The notes beneath the pieces were generated by a model. It saw nothing but the letters and a program-made list of their open reading frames with translations. It searched no databases and had not been told where the DNA came from. DNA of 63,048 nt, the filler included, from Octopus bimaculoides (Eukaryota), in the NCBI RefSeq assembly GCF_001194135.2. It is 5 parts of 5 records of this genome, joined end to end, with 100 filler letters (N's around TTAATTAATTAA, not from the genome) between each part and the next. Parts side by side here need not be neighbours in the genome. Positions count along the whole stretch, not along the records: positions 1 to 23,900 come from NC_068995.1; 4 more parts are not named here. One strand, written 5' to 3'. Numbering within the stretch: position 1 is the first letter of the stretch; each line of letters opens with the position of its first letter. The translations under genes were made by a program, and so were the position numbers. Positions 1 through 12,935 of this stretch are shown here, one piece after another.

Positions 1-40
<40 letters not shown>

Positions 41-981
41 TACATAAAAACATATATACATACGTGCATACATATATATTTCATTTACCGAGGCTTATTT
101 TTTTGTTTCTTTTAATAATATTTGAACGGAAATAGGATTCTTCATTGTTCCTGTCATGAATTGTTTCGGAGTTATGCTAGCAAATGTTTGGAAGCATTTC
201 CGCACACATGCACATGCTGAAGATCGAAAGCACACACGCGCTTACATTCATGCATACGTACATACATACGCACATACCTATATACACATATAATACATAC
301 ACTCACATACTCACAGTAACACATATATACATTATATATATGTCTATATGCATACGTTGTTGCATGTATATGTACGAATGTTTGTGTATGGATGTGTGTA
401 CGTATATTCATTATATAAATGCGCAAGCAATAATTGATGAAATACGTACGTTCATAATTTTTTTCTCTCTTTTGTAAAGTTGACAAAGCGTTCGTAATTT
501 TAGCACATCTAGAATTTGAAGCGCCGTAACTAAATTATATATTTGTGTTTCTCAAAACTTATTCGTAAATTCAGTTCTTATATCCATACTTTCAATCGTT
601 TAGGAATAATAACTAATATACAAATTCAAGATTGAGGTGACTATTTCTGTAATACATAACAAAATGCCATACCAATACTAAAATTGTATTCTGGTATGTT
701 ATTGTAAATGATCTTCAAAAAAGAATTTAATTAATATAATGAAGAAATATTTCATTAATTCCAGATAGGCTACATGTATTTCCAAACTATGATTTAACCA
801 GAGACCCTGGCTATATGCAATCTCTGTTCGGAACCTTAAAGATATTGAAAGATCAATAGTATATCAATTCAAAAACGTTACTGGTAAAAGGATATTAGTA
901 AGTTTTACGAAGGTTCATTTTAGCAACGACTATATAAAGCCAGAAGAACATACTAAATCACAGTATGGCAAATCCAAGCAT

Positions 982-1039
982 ACTAAAACAGCAAAGTCAC
1001 TGTCATCGTTTTGCTTTTGAATGTTATACATGCATATAT

Positions 1040-1125
<86 letters not shown>

Positions 1126-1145
1126 ACACACATATACACACACAC

Positions 1146-1192
<47 letters not shown>

Positions 1193-1290
1193 CACACATA
1201 TACACACACACCCATATATATATATATATATATATATACATACATATATATACACACATACACACACATATACACACACATATATATATA
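982..1290. repeat. Compound (AC)n/(AT)n microsatellite
   Basis: Direct reading; source of the His/Thr/Tyr/Ile-rich spurious ORFs. Confidence 0.9.
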
Positions 1291-1555
1291 CACAAATCGA
1301 CCCCAGGACTTATTCTCTGTAAGCCTAGTACTTATTATATTGGTCTCATTTTCCGAACCGTGGTTGTTTAGCGATGGTGGGGACAAGCACAGGCACACAC
1401 ACGCGCACACACACACACCCGCGCACACAAACACACACGCACACACATATATACGATGGGCTTCTTTCAGTTTCCATCTACCAAATCCACTCATAACTAT
1501 TTCGTCGGCTCGAGGTTATCACAAAAGGCACTTGTCCAACGTTCCACGCAATATA
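1291..1555 (-). mobile_element. tRNA-derived SINE family 1, degenerate copy
   Basis: Reverse complement matches the copies at 35907 and 40577 (gggcttctttcagtttcc..taccaaatccactca; aaatcgaccccaggacttattc). Confidence 0.8.
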
Positions 1556-1834
1556 ATACATGTATGTATGTATTACATGTATGTATGTATGTATGTATGT
1601 ATGTATGTATGTATGTATGTATGTATGTATATATATATATATANNNNNNNNNNNNNNNNNNNNNNNNNNNNNNNNNNNNNNNNNNNNNNNNNNNNNNNNN
1701 NNNNNNNNNNNNNNNNNNNNNNNNNNNNNNNNNNNNNNNNNNNNNNNNNNNNNNNNNNNNNNNNNNNNNNNNNNNNNNNNNNNNNNNNNNNNNNNNNNNN
1801 NNNNNNNNNNNNNNNNNNNNNNNNNNNNAAATTA

Positions 1835-2128
1835 ATAGTTATCGCCAAGCCAACATGGCAGTCCCAAAATTAGGACGAAAGCTGCCGTGAATTAGCTCCA
1901 AGAAGCCATCGCCTCTAGCTAGCTATGTGACACACGAAACCTGTGTCCTTTATAACCTTCGAACAGGGGAGGTCAGCAGTGTCCCCCTGCTGGTTTGGCA
2001 TCTGCAGACTAGACTAGTTTCAGGGTGTTGCCCCTTGTCAATGCAGAGTAGCCAAGCCTTAGCCAGGCGGCGCTGCTGACTATCTGCTCGAAGGTTATTT
2101 ATCTAATTTCAGTGGAATCTATCCACTG
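1835..2128 (-). mobile_element. Hammerhead-containing structured element (retrozyme/Penelope pLTR-like), copy A
   Basis: Order on the minus strand: CAGTGGA/TCCACTG hairpin, rod 2098-1952 with HHR, GACACA/TGTGTC hairpin, GATG-loop hairpin. The same order is seen at 21650-21920. Confidence 0.7.
2001..2047 (-). ncRNA. Type I hammerhead ribozyme, degenerate
   Basis: Minus strand TCTGCA-TTGACAA-GGGG caaca CCCT-GAAAC TA GTC-(TAGTC duplication)-TGCAGA. C3U and G8A core changes; stems I-III in register. Confidence 0.7.
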
Positions 2129-2175
2129 GTTTTCTGAAATAGAGTTATTAATATTTCTAAGTCTCTCTAAAGGAG

Positions 2176-3546
2176 AGGTTTATCCCATAAATAACGCGTT
2201 TTTTTTTTCAATTGCATGAACTAATAGTCAGAGGGTCGGTGATAATCTACCTGCATCAACTTGCTATAATAGCAAGTAGTGTAATTTTACCCTCAACTTA
2301 TTCTGAGTGCAAGTTTTGAAAAGTGCAGTTCGATTTTAACAGTTTTTATTTCAAAGTTATAATGAAAGTGACAAAGGAACATATTCGGCGTATTATGTTT
2401 TATGAGTTCATTAAAGGCAACAAACAACGCAAGGATATTGCGAGGAATATTAATGCAGTATATGGTGATCGGACAATAAGCGTAAGCTAGCGTGAACGGT
2501 GGTTCCAGAAATTCCAGACCGGAAACTAGAGCCTAGAAGACAAGACTTGTCTCGGAGGATCTGTGGAGCTGGAAGAGGACGTCTGGCAAACCTTGCTGGA
2601 ACAAAATCCCATCGTAACTATTGAGAAACTAGCAGAGAAGCTTGGATTTGGTCATTCAATTATTCATCGACAACTGCGTGCCATTGGAAATGTCAGCAAA
2701 TTGGGTCAATGGGTTCCTCACAAATTTCCGTGTTTAATCGCACGCAGAGGGTGAATGTATGCTCGTCTTTGCAGTTACGTCTCATGAATAAATATTTTTG
2801 GGACCGAACAGTGACTGCTGACGAGAAATGGGTTTTCTATAAAAATGTCAAGCGCCGAGACAGTAGGTAGGGAAAGGAAGAACACCGGCAACCCAGGCTA
2901 AAGAGGTCTTCACCCATGTAAAGTGGTATCCGTTTCGTGGGATATGAAATGTGAAGTCCACTTTAAACTTTTAAACCCAAACAATAAGGAAATCTATTGC
3001 GAGCAGCTAGAGCAGCTTAAGTCAGCGTTAGAAGAAAAACGAGCATCTTTGGTTTAAAGACAATAGGTGTTTTTCCATCAGGATAATGCTCGGTCACGTA
3101 CAGCGGTGATGACGTTCCAAAGGCTGCAGTAGTTTGGATGAGAAACGATGCCCCACTCACCATATTCGCTGGACATCGCACCATTTGATTATCATTTATT
3201 CCGCAGTTTTCACAATAATTTGTACGGAAAAGATATGAATCTTTAGACGAAGTCAGAACACTGTTCTATATTTACGAGATGAGGAATTACGTACATTTTT
3301 TTTACATCATTTACAGTATTTACATTTCACGGATATTTGTCCTCATCTCAGCAACAAGCAAGATGAGGTCTAATATCCGTCAAATGTAAATAATGGTGTC
3401 AGAACAGTGTATTTCGTCACGGACAAGTGAATTTTGCCAGAGGGAAGGAGATATAGATGGGAGGAGAGTATATTTTAGATTATCTTAATTTTGAAAAATT
3501 AAAAAATGTATTAAAAAATCGCATTATTTATGAGATATCCAACATG
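2176..3546 (+). mobile_element. Mariner (DD34D) DNA transposon fossil
   Basis: ATG at 2362; motifs WVPHK, VTADEKWVFY, FHQDNAR, PHSPYSLDIAPFDYHLF, with stops and frameshifts. Imperfect TIRs at ~2176-2205 and ~3513-3546. Confidence 0.92.
3261..3397. mobile_element. Fold-back fragment of the HHR-SINE 3' end inserted in the mariner
   Basis: Flanked by gtcagaaca at 3252-3260 and 3398-3406; matches 16261-16333 in both orientations. Confidence 0.7.
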
Positions 3547-3552
3547 TATACA

Positions 3553-3583
<31 letters not shown>

Positions 3584-4659
3584 TCATATATATCTTATTT
3601 ATCTATCTATAGCAAAACTGACCTGGTGCCATGATCGTAACCGAAATCATGTCATCTAATGTTTTTCATTAGCTAAGGTAATATATAATCTTCCACCAAT
3701 GTCTCAAAAATATATGCAAGCATATATACCATTCCAATGGGTAATCTGCTATATTCTGTTTAATAGGTAAAGCGTTTCCGTTGTGCACTTTCTGGTGTTT
3801 CAAAACGGTGACACTGACACAGAAATTTGCATTAGCTTCTTCTAAGATGCCATCTGTTAGAAACCATTTATATGAAGCATTATGACATAATATTGCAGTG
3901 TATATTATATTTCTAAAATATTTCAGCATTAGAAATCTTCACAACGGTTTACTCTTTCAGTAATTTTAGTCATTAGTCCATGTGCAAGATGGATCAATTC
4001 CATGAAAGAAATGCTTTATAATATCGATCGAATTATTTATTATTTCCGTCGAATATAAATGTTATGGAGATCAATGTGGAATACTACAAAATCAGTAATG
4101 TAAAGTGGCGCAATATAAACCATACCATTATTTAAATTGGATTGAACTTAAAACCGTTACTTCAATCTAAATTGACTGACATAGTTAGACTCTAGGGATT
4201 TCCAATTATCGATCTTTAACAGAAGCAGTATCATCGCACATACCAGAGAACTGTTACAGCTTACCGTACGATGCTAAGAGATGAAACTAGCATCGGTTAA
4301 ATCTTGACCAAATTGCAAACCGATGCCTGGAAATGAGACCAAGACATGAGATTCCTGTATATAATATGTCGAAAGTTCCTCCTCAGCAAAATACTTGCAG
4401 CTGAATTTTTAAAACTTCAATGGCATTCTATGTGTGTCTAATAAACGGTGTGTGAATAGCAAAGTGCTGAGTGCAGTGGAGTTAATGTTCCTAACTAAGA
4501 ATTTGAGCGGCCCTGGAGAAGATGGAAGCAAAGCAAAATGTTTGTGCCTGTTTGGAAGTCACAAAATGGTTTTTCATCCCTATGAGAGTTTTAGAAAATC
4601 TGAGCGCTCAGTATTTGGGGTTGTGTTGAGCAATAAATAAATAGACGAATATATTTTAT

Positions 4660-5670
4660 ATATGAATATATATGAAAGGTTGGGAAGAGCTGGCGAATGC
4701 GTACATCGAATCCGTCATCTACTTCCGCCTGACTGTCGTCTCCTACTCTACTTCGTGGCTGAAAAGCCTGGTGGTTTGCTCTTCTACTTCCTGTGGAGTG
4801 TATCACTTGTCAGACGTCAATTTGCTGAACCTAGAGTGTCTCCAAGCTTTTACAGCTCTCGGCCAGTCGGGCAATGCAGTCGGTGGAAGATCAACCTTGG
4901 AGTTCTATAGGGGATTAGTGGAGGGCAACAGCGACGATGTACTCTGAAAGGTCCTGGGATTCGAGGAAGATCAACTGGCTGGTTTATTTCGGAGGACGCT
5001 CGGGTCGGGAACTATGGATAACTTCCAGAAATCCCTGGCCTGGCAGTGTTACTGAGTGGAGTGCTCTCGAACAGCGTCTGCGCATAGCTAACTTGTGGAG
5101 ATTTATCGAACAGTTATTGTCACTTGTAAGACGGGTCTGATTATCGTTCGAGTTCCTTGTGAAGATCACTCCACCTCCTTCCTTTGGCTTGAAACGGAGG
5201 GTATTCTTTCTATGACAAAAAAGGTTTATGGTAGATACGATTGAAAAGTTTGAAGACGTGTACCTTCCTCTTTGGCCAAGACCTCATTGAATTTTTCAGA
5301 TTCCAACTGAAAAGGAAAGTGAGGTTGGAGAGGGAGGTGCTGTCACCCAGTACGTTCGTTGAATGGCGGGTGAATGTGGCAAGCATGGCTCGCGTTAATG
5401 AGCCAATTCTAAGTGTGCGCCAGTAGGCCAGATTGAAGGGAGAAGAGAGGGTGCCTTCCTGAAGAGCCGTTGGTGTTAGGGCGCCCAAAGGTCGTGAGGT
5501 CTTTTTGGTCCCCTTACGGTGGAATTCCTCCCTATTAAGGAAGCATATTGTTGATGTAATATCTTTGTTAATCGTTGTGTTTGCTTGCTGCTTACACGTT
5601 TAACCTTACTGCCCTTCGTCTGTGTATCGTCCTCTATGTTTTATGTTCGGCCCTGGTGACCAATAAAGAG
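4660..5670 (+). mobile_element. L1/Tx1-clade LINE 3' fragment
   Basis: Broken reading including STLEFYRGLVEG, TMDNFQKSLAWQCY and LKRKVRLEREVLS; AATAAA near 5661 before a simple-repeat tract. Clade assigned from remembered similarity. Confidence 0.6.
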
Positions 5671-5671
5671 A

Positions 5672-5826
<155 letters not shown>

Positions 5827-6230
5827 GCCTTTGCACAGCTTTTAATCCTGGAAATGTACTATGGTGTCAGCTGTTCACTACCAGTGAACTAAGGTAATAC
5901 CTCTTATTTTTCGGGCACCTTCCAGAGTATGCAGGTTGTTCCAAGCAGTGCTGTTTTCTGCAAGTTTTCCACCCTTATTGCAGCCCCTATTTGTTCCATG
6001 TACTTCTCGAGATTTTTTACTCACTGTTCCCAGGGCTCTGACAATTACTGGTACCACTACCACCTTTTCCATCGACCACAACTGCTTTACCTCCAAAGCT
6101 AACCTGTCATACCTATCGACTTTTCTTTCTTCCTTATCGCATAATTTGTTGTCAGTTGGGCATGCTATATCTATGATCCAGCATAGTTTGCTTTCTTTCT
6201 CAATTAAGACTATGTGTGGCTTCAAGCCAA
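5827..6230 (-). mobile_element. R4/Dong-clade non-LTR retrotransposon 3' end (restriction-like endonuclease)
   Basis: KP(H)IVLIEKESKLCWIIDIACP..KEERKVDRYDRLALEVKQLW..VPVIVRALG is a PD-(D/E)xK RLE C-terminus; the 3' end runs into (AAT)n. Confidence 0.8.
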
Positions 6231-7385
6231 TTCATAAAAGCATAACTATAGGCAGCATTATCACTTATTGCTTGGGCAATGAAGATTTTACCACAACCCT
6301 ACTCCTAGATGAAGTATATCTATTAATTTTCGATCAATCTGTTCTTAAGTGTTTTTTAAATCATGTCACATACGAACAATTTCTTTATTTTCTACCAGAT
6401 CGGGTGAATATACGAATATATTATTGCAAGTGAGAGTTTTCAGTAGTTTTTAAGTAAACTACATTATCTGTTAACACAAACGAAAACTGGTATTCTTTGG
6501 TTGTTTCTTTCATAAATAATGACGAAATAGATAAATGCATTTGATTGTAAAACATCAGATGATATAACATCCAGAATTATAATACTGATGTCTCGACAAG
6601 GATTGATTAGCGAGAGACTGAGGTCTATATTTGCCATAATAGCTTGCCCGGATAATAATATAGATCAGCACGAAATTCTACTTAAAGTTGTTATTACATT
6701 TACTTTTTATTCTCTCTCCATACTATTGTCTTCAATGACAGAAAACAAATACTATGAAGTTAGTTATTAGTCTCTTCCCAAAAGGAGTTAAATCGTTTTT
6801 ATTATAATAATTTTCCTTTCTAAATTTTTCTTTCATTATTTTAATTATTTTAGAAAACAAAATTTAAAAAACAAATGTACATATAAATTAAAGGCAAAAA
6901 GAAAACAGACGTTTTTCTTTCCATAATTATATGTTAAGGAATATTTTTTGTTAAATATTTTTTTTTCAAAGCAGTACAACATCTTTGATTCAAAACTTCT
7001 GTTTTATTCATTATAAAAGATGTAATTGACATAATAATAGTTCAGTCAATTTTTTTTTTATGTTATCTATTTTAGAATACTTTTGAAGGAATAAGAATGA
7101 GATGGAGAAAAAAATGAGAATTTTATAGACAGTTTTTGCCAAATAAAAGAAAAGAGAAAATGATGAAATAATCGGAGAATAATGATAATCGCAGAATATA
7201 TTGTAATACATTTAACAACATATATCACATACATCTAACAAAATGTATCACATACATTCATCATAATATAACATACATACACCTCAATGTGTTAAAGCCT
7301 TCAACTCAGACAATATCCCCCGGCCTAATTTTAAATGGCGGAAAGTCTGAGAAAAATATTATTTGATCATGTACACTGATTTCAG

Positions 7386-7453
7386 ATTTACAGAAGTTTC
7401 TATATATAAAGAAAATGGGAAGGAAAAAAACGGAACTTTTCAGTATATGACTG
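7386..7453 (+). CDS. Weak candidate exon of an unidentified gene (FTEVSIYKENGKEKNGTFQYMT)
   Basis: ttcag acceptor, G/gtattt donor, open frame; end phase compatible with the 9244 exon. No homology recognised. Confidence 0.2.
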
Positions 7454-7725
7454 GTATTTTATAACAGATACAGTTAGATGTAGTAGCTATTCGGTAATGG
7501 GAATTATAGTCAAATACATGTTTTTTTTTCTATTATTGCCCTTAGCGTCTCGCTTGAGCAGACATAATTCTCTCCGTAAAAGCAGTTATTCTGTCATTAA
7601 ACACGGAGATGCAGTTTATTTTACATGATTTGTAGGCTGTATATGAATAATCACCAACGTTAGCAGCTCGAAAAGCTTAACTGTTTCTTATATATGTGTG
7701 TGTGTGAGAGAAAGAGAGAGAGAGA

Positions 7726-7770
<45 letters not shown>

Positions 7771-7903
7771 NNNNNNNNNNNNNNNNNNNNNNNNNNNNNN
7801 NNNNNNNNNNNNNNNNNNNNNNNNNNNNNNNNNNNNNNNNNNNNNNNNNNNNNNNNNNNNNNNNNNNNNNNNNNNNNNNNNNNNNNNNNNNNNNNNNNNN
7901 NNN

Positions 7904-7938
<35 letters not shown>

Positions 7939-8444
7939 GAAACATGGAATTTAAGAGTGTCCGTTGGGCATGACAACGTCGGGGCCTATTGTTCCTGTGG
8001 AAGTACATTGCAGTGAGCCTATTGCTAGATCTAGAACATATAATGATGAGAGCAAAGTCCGAGTAATGAAGTATCAATGTATCTTAAACAAAGTGCTACT
8101 TGATTGAGTTGGCTGCAGCACTATAGACACTTATAAAGAGAATGTCCTGTAGTGAATGAATTCTCTAGCTGACAGGTTTTCTCCCAACCTTAGGATTTCG
8201 CTCTATTTCCTCCATTCATCTCTACTGTTTTATATAGGCTAGTTTTCCTCTTTCATGTGTTATCAGAATGCTTTTCATTAGTTCATATTACATCATTTTA
8301 ATTTTTAAACTTAATGTTTTATTGTTACTAAATAATTAGAATATGTGTGTATATATGTGCATAACTGTGTTTATTCAGATTACTTAGTATGAATGTGAAT
8401 ATGTTTAAATGATAATATGTGTACAGATAAGCATACTATATATG

Positions 8445-8750
8445 CTTCAGGGGTCCGCAGGTCTGGGTGTCAATGGCCCACAGCTCTTGAATTTCCTCCT
8501 ACAAAGGCTGAGAGACCTGCATGGTGTGAATGTAGGTGCTTTCAAAACAAAACTGGACCTCCTTCTGTCGAGAATACTCGAAGAACCTACCTTAGAGCAA
8601 AAACACAGACGAGGGCAGCAGCGACAAACCCCCTTATTCACAAATGCCACGCATCAGAGGAGGTTTAGTGAAAGTGTGGCAAAGCAAATGGCAACGCCCC
8701 AGATTGGCTGCAACCCTCGGGCTAAAACTAAGGAAAAGAAGGTACATGTG
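8445..8750 (+). mobile_element. CR1/L2-group LINE, RT C-terminus and 3' end
   Basis: LGVNGPQLLNFLLQRLRDLHGVNVGAFKTKLDLLLSRILEEP matches the GP.LFN.LP..LR...FK.KLD..L...P terminus. Confidence 0.7.
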
Positions 8751-9243
8751 CAAGATGAAATGCATACGTAGGGGTGTTAAATAAAATGTGTTGTATAACG
8801 TGTGTATGATATGTGTATAACTGCTAATTGTATAATATGATGTATAGAGTATCTTTGAACATTTGTTATGTGCGTGCCAGTGGTTATGTACTTGAGTAAT
8901 ATGTGTGCCTCATAGTATTAATAGGTATATTATAGGATTATATATATAAGAGGAGAGACGTCTATTTTTAGCATAGAAGGTATGTACTTACTGGGCTCTC
9001 CTCTTATTTATATTTAAATATAATTTACAGTCCTCGGAGTAGTTTGCGTATACTGACCACTGGTTCAAATTGGTATTATTTATTAATATTAATTTCTGCA
9101 CTTATCATAGGATTTTATAATTATATGAATATATGATTTTTTTACGTTCACGTAATTTTACTTGTGACGTACAATTATGACGCCGTGAAAGGAAACATGA
9201 AAAATTATTAATTTTAAAATATTTCGAACGATTTCAACGGCAG

Positions 9244-9560
9244 GAAATCACATTATTTATAGACACCAGAGCAATTCTACCGTCTATATACTCCTCTATA
9301 TGCCTCACAATACGTTGAACAGGGTGGATTCAAAGGGCTGCCTGGAATCAGAGAATTGGAAGCGGTTCCAATATCGTGTTGCAGAATCATGGACGTATTT
9401 GAAACGCCAAGCAAGAAGAGTTTTAATTGGTTCACTTGAAATTTATACTTTGTCACGTTACCCATTTACAGATGACGATTATTATGGTTTAGACGACTGT
9501 AATATATCTGAAATTTTGGGACACGATGCTTTGCAACACGAAGTTAGAGAGATTTTATAG
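9244..9560 (+). CDS. Candidate terminal exon, unidentified protein
   Basis: About 105 open codons after a cag acceptor (NHIIYRHQSNSTVYILLYMPH...HEVREIL*), normal amino-acid composition, AT-rich sequence with AATAAA downstream. No TE motif recognised. Confidence 0.4.
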
Positions 9561-9995
9561 GAGAATATGTTTTATTATAATCTCTGACACAAGTAATATA
9601 TTCTCTGGTAACATTCAACCGATGAGATTTGGTGTTTCGTTTTTCGTTTCTTAAATGAGCAAAATAGTATTACCTCAAAGGACATAAACTATAAAATATA
9701 TTTAAATACGATGACATATTAAAATTTAATACAATGGAACACATTCAATTTATACACATTGGTAGTTATTTTTTAGTCATTGCTACATCCAGACATAATA
9801 CTTGAATTTTTTTTCTCTGTTATATATACAAGAAAATAAGTAAATAATACATTTTAGATGTATTATTTATCTTACATGAAAGGATCCAGTAGTTGATATA
9901 CGGTGTAAATAAATATAATAAAATACACATGTATATTATATTTTTTCAAATTCTTCTGATTATATATAGTTTCCCTAAAACTATATATATATATA

Positions 9996-10262
9996 CACAG
10001 GGGTGGCCTTGTGGTAAGAAGCTTGTTTGTCAACACATGGTTCGAGATTCAGTCCCAATGCGTGGTACCTTGGGCAGGTGTCTTCTACTATACCCTCGGG
10101 ACGACTAATTCCTTGTCAGTGAATGTGGATGTGGTAGACGGAAACTGAAAGAATCTAGCCGCGTGTGTAAATCGACATGTATATCTACGTCTGTGTCTTT
10201 GTGTCCGTGTGTGTCTCCGTAATCGGTGATGGTGTGTTTACGTCTTTGCACCTTAGAAGTTT
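9996..10262 (+). mobile_element. SINE family 1, degenerate
   Basis: ggcc..gtggtaagaagcttg..ccttgggcaggtgtcttctactata..gtagacggaaactgaaagaa. Confidence 0.8.
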
Positions 10263-10279
10263 GTCTAATTTCTCCTTCC

Positions 10280-10730
10280 CTAGGTAACGTTTCGAGAAAG
10301 CAGCCCTCTACTATAATAATAATAATACATAATCCTTGTAATATTAATCAGAATTACAATAAGAGACCTAAAAATAGGCCAAAGAAAGTTACTTGATTCG
10401 CCCCACTCCTTTTCTTTTAATACAAAATCTAACATAGGTAAAATATTCCTATCTTCCCTAGACAAGCACATCCCAGCAACTCGCAGATATAGGAAGATAT
10501 TTAATAGGCATTCTGCGAAATCATCATTTAGCTGCTGCCTCAAGATAAAGAGCATCGTTATATGTAGTCAATGCCAAGTGCGTAAATTTGGTTCCAGCAT
10601 TCACGAACCAGAAATATCTTTGCTTATTTAAACTTTTTTTTTTATCATAACGAATACATCTTAACGAGGTAGACTTTTTGCATCACCGCGGAGTGATATT
10701 TCGGACGGAATGAAATTACTCTTCTAAGGC
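10280..10730 (-). mobile_element. Penelope-like element remnant (GIY-YIG region)
   Basis: Broken minus-strand reading ALYL..RQQLNDDFAECLLNI resembles LYIGETGR.L.DRFAEHL; HHR-like GAGGGCTG..CGAAACGTT at 10286-10309. Confidence 0.4.
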
Positions 10731-12650
10731 ACACTCAATATGACCTACTTCTCTGCTAAATTGAAAAATTCGGTGTTCATTAAATGTGAAGATATCTGCC
10801 CACAACTTTAACTCTAACTGTAGCTTCAACCATCCACAACCTCATAGGACTTATTCATTTAAAACAAGTAGAGCTATTGACATTAGTTTTCAAACAGCAT
10901 ATTTGAATTACACCAGTTTGCATTTCATACACGAACCTAGATTGCAATTTTATAAAATATAAAACCTACACATTGTTCTAATTATATCTTATATAAAAAG
11001 AAATAGTTTCCTGTCCATTAGATTGCTAACTATTAGGATATAGTTAGTTGGTTGCCAAACAACGTGAGTAAGAAACTCCATTCAGATTTCACGTCGTTTT
11101 CTTTTGCTTCGCATTAAAATTAATTTTAGATTAGTCTCTGTCACAGTTTGTCGTATTTTATTAATGTCTCTGCCAAAACGAATTACATTCATAAATCAGA
11201 CTATATAAAATGTTGTTTTCTTCTTCCTCGTAATATAATCAAGCATTCATTATTTAATGATATACTTTGCTTAACTGATATTATCCCATTATACGGATCA
11301 AGTAGCTTGATCACCTTTTAGTTAAGTATATTATGTCAAGAACCCAAACGAAGGAAAATAGAAATTTAGTTACTATTGCAAAATCTATGACAGCAGCTCC
11401 TAACTATTTCAATACTAGAGACTCATTTTATTCAAATTAAATCTCCACGGAACCCAGACTTTTGGAACGTTGGTCTACTCAGTAGAATTTGAAATTAGAT
11501 CACGGTCTTAGTACTACATCCTTGGGCCCCACATATCATATTCTATATTGTCTCAGTTGCTTGTTTGACTGCAGATTAAAACACATTGTTAAAAGCAAGA
11601 ATGAAATTAACATAATTTATAGAGGGCACAACATAATAAGAGCTACATACTGCATTAATAGAGAAAGCTCTCTAGTAAAGAATAGGATTTGTATCACTGA
11701 CAAATTGTTTCTAGACAAGGTGTTTTTAATATAAAAGTAATTCCGATGCTAGTCAACTTAATGGTACAATATATTTTTGATATTGTATGCTTTAATCAGA
11801 AGAGAATGAAAGTCGTCCCACTGCGCCCAACTTGAGTAAGTGTTTTTGATTGTAACCTTGAGCAGAGCTGATTGTTGTGAATGGACTTAGCAGATGGAGN
11901 NNNNNNNNNNNNNNNNNNNNNNNNNNNNNNNNNNNNNNNNNNNNNNNNNNNNNNNNNNNNNNNNNNNNNNNNNNNNNNNNNNNNNNNNNNNNNNNNNNNN
12001 NNNNNNNNNNNNNNNNNNNNNNNNNNNNNNNNNNNNNNNNNNNNNNNNNNNNNNNNNNNNNNNNNNNNNNNNNNNNNNNNNNNNNNNNNNNNNNNNNNNN
12101 NNNNNNNNNNNNNNNNNNNNNNNNNNNNNNNNNNNNNNNNNNNNNNNNNNNNNNNNNNNNNNNNNNNNNNNNNNNNNNNNNNNNNNNNNNNNNNNNNNNN
12201 NNNNNNNNNNNNNNNNNNNNNNNNNNNNNNNNNNNNNNNNNNNNNNNNNNNNNNNNNNNNNNNNNNNNNNNNNNNNNNNNNNNNNNNNNNNNNNNNNNNN
12301 NNNNNNNNNNNNNNNNNNNNNNNNNNNNNNNNNNNNNNNNNNNNNNNNNNNNNNNNNNNNNNNNNNNNNNNNNNNNNNNNNNNNNNNNNNNNNNNNNNNN
12401 NNNNNNNNNNNNNNNNNNNNNNNNNNNNNNNNNNNNNNNNNNNNNNNNNNNNNNNNNNNNNNNNNNNNNNNNNNNNNNNNNNNNNNNNNNNNNNNNNNNN
12501 NNNNNNNNNNNNNNNNNNNNNNNNNNNNNNNNNNNNNNNNNNNNNNNNNNNNNNACACACACACACACGCACACACACAAACACACACACACACACACAC
12601 ACATACTTTATTATTAAGAGTGCAAAAACATCTCGAACATATCACAAAAC

Positions 12651-12690
12651 ACTGCTACTCGGAGTTTCACGTTCCCGTTCGTCGAGCAGC
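12651..12690 (-). ncRNA. Type I hammerhead-like motif, degenerate core
   Basis: GCTGC-TCGACGA-ACG ggaa CGT-GAAA CT ccg AG TA-GCAGT. All three stems are in register; core reads UCGACGA instead of CUGACGA. Confidence 0.5.
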
Positions 12691-12759
12691 TACATATATG
12701 TATACATACATGTATGCATGTATGTATGTAACCATATATATATTTGTGTTTCTCTTTCT

Positions 12760-12935
12760 CCCCTCTCCACCGCTTGACAATTGGTTTTGATTTGTTTCTG
12801 TCCCGTTACTTAGCGGTACGCCAAAAATAAGGAATAATTACCAGGTTTAAAATTGGGATCGAATTGTTCAAATAAACACTTCAAGGTGGTGCCCTAGAAT
12901 GATTGCAGTCTGGTGATGGTTACAAGTAGAAGAAT
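12760..12935 (+). mobile_element. SINE family 1, 3' half (5' half at 11810-11898 across the gap)
   Basis: ccaccgcttgacaa..tcccgttacttagcgg..aaggtggtgccctagaatg. Confidence 0.65.

Noticed and set aside
7956-8012. Possible 57-nt exon CPLGMTTSGPIVPVEVHC
   Set aside because: Good donor but no pyrimidine tract at the acceptor; not supportable without transcripts.
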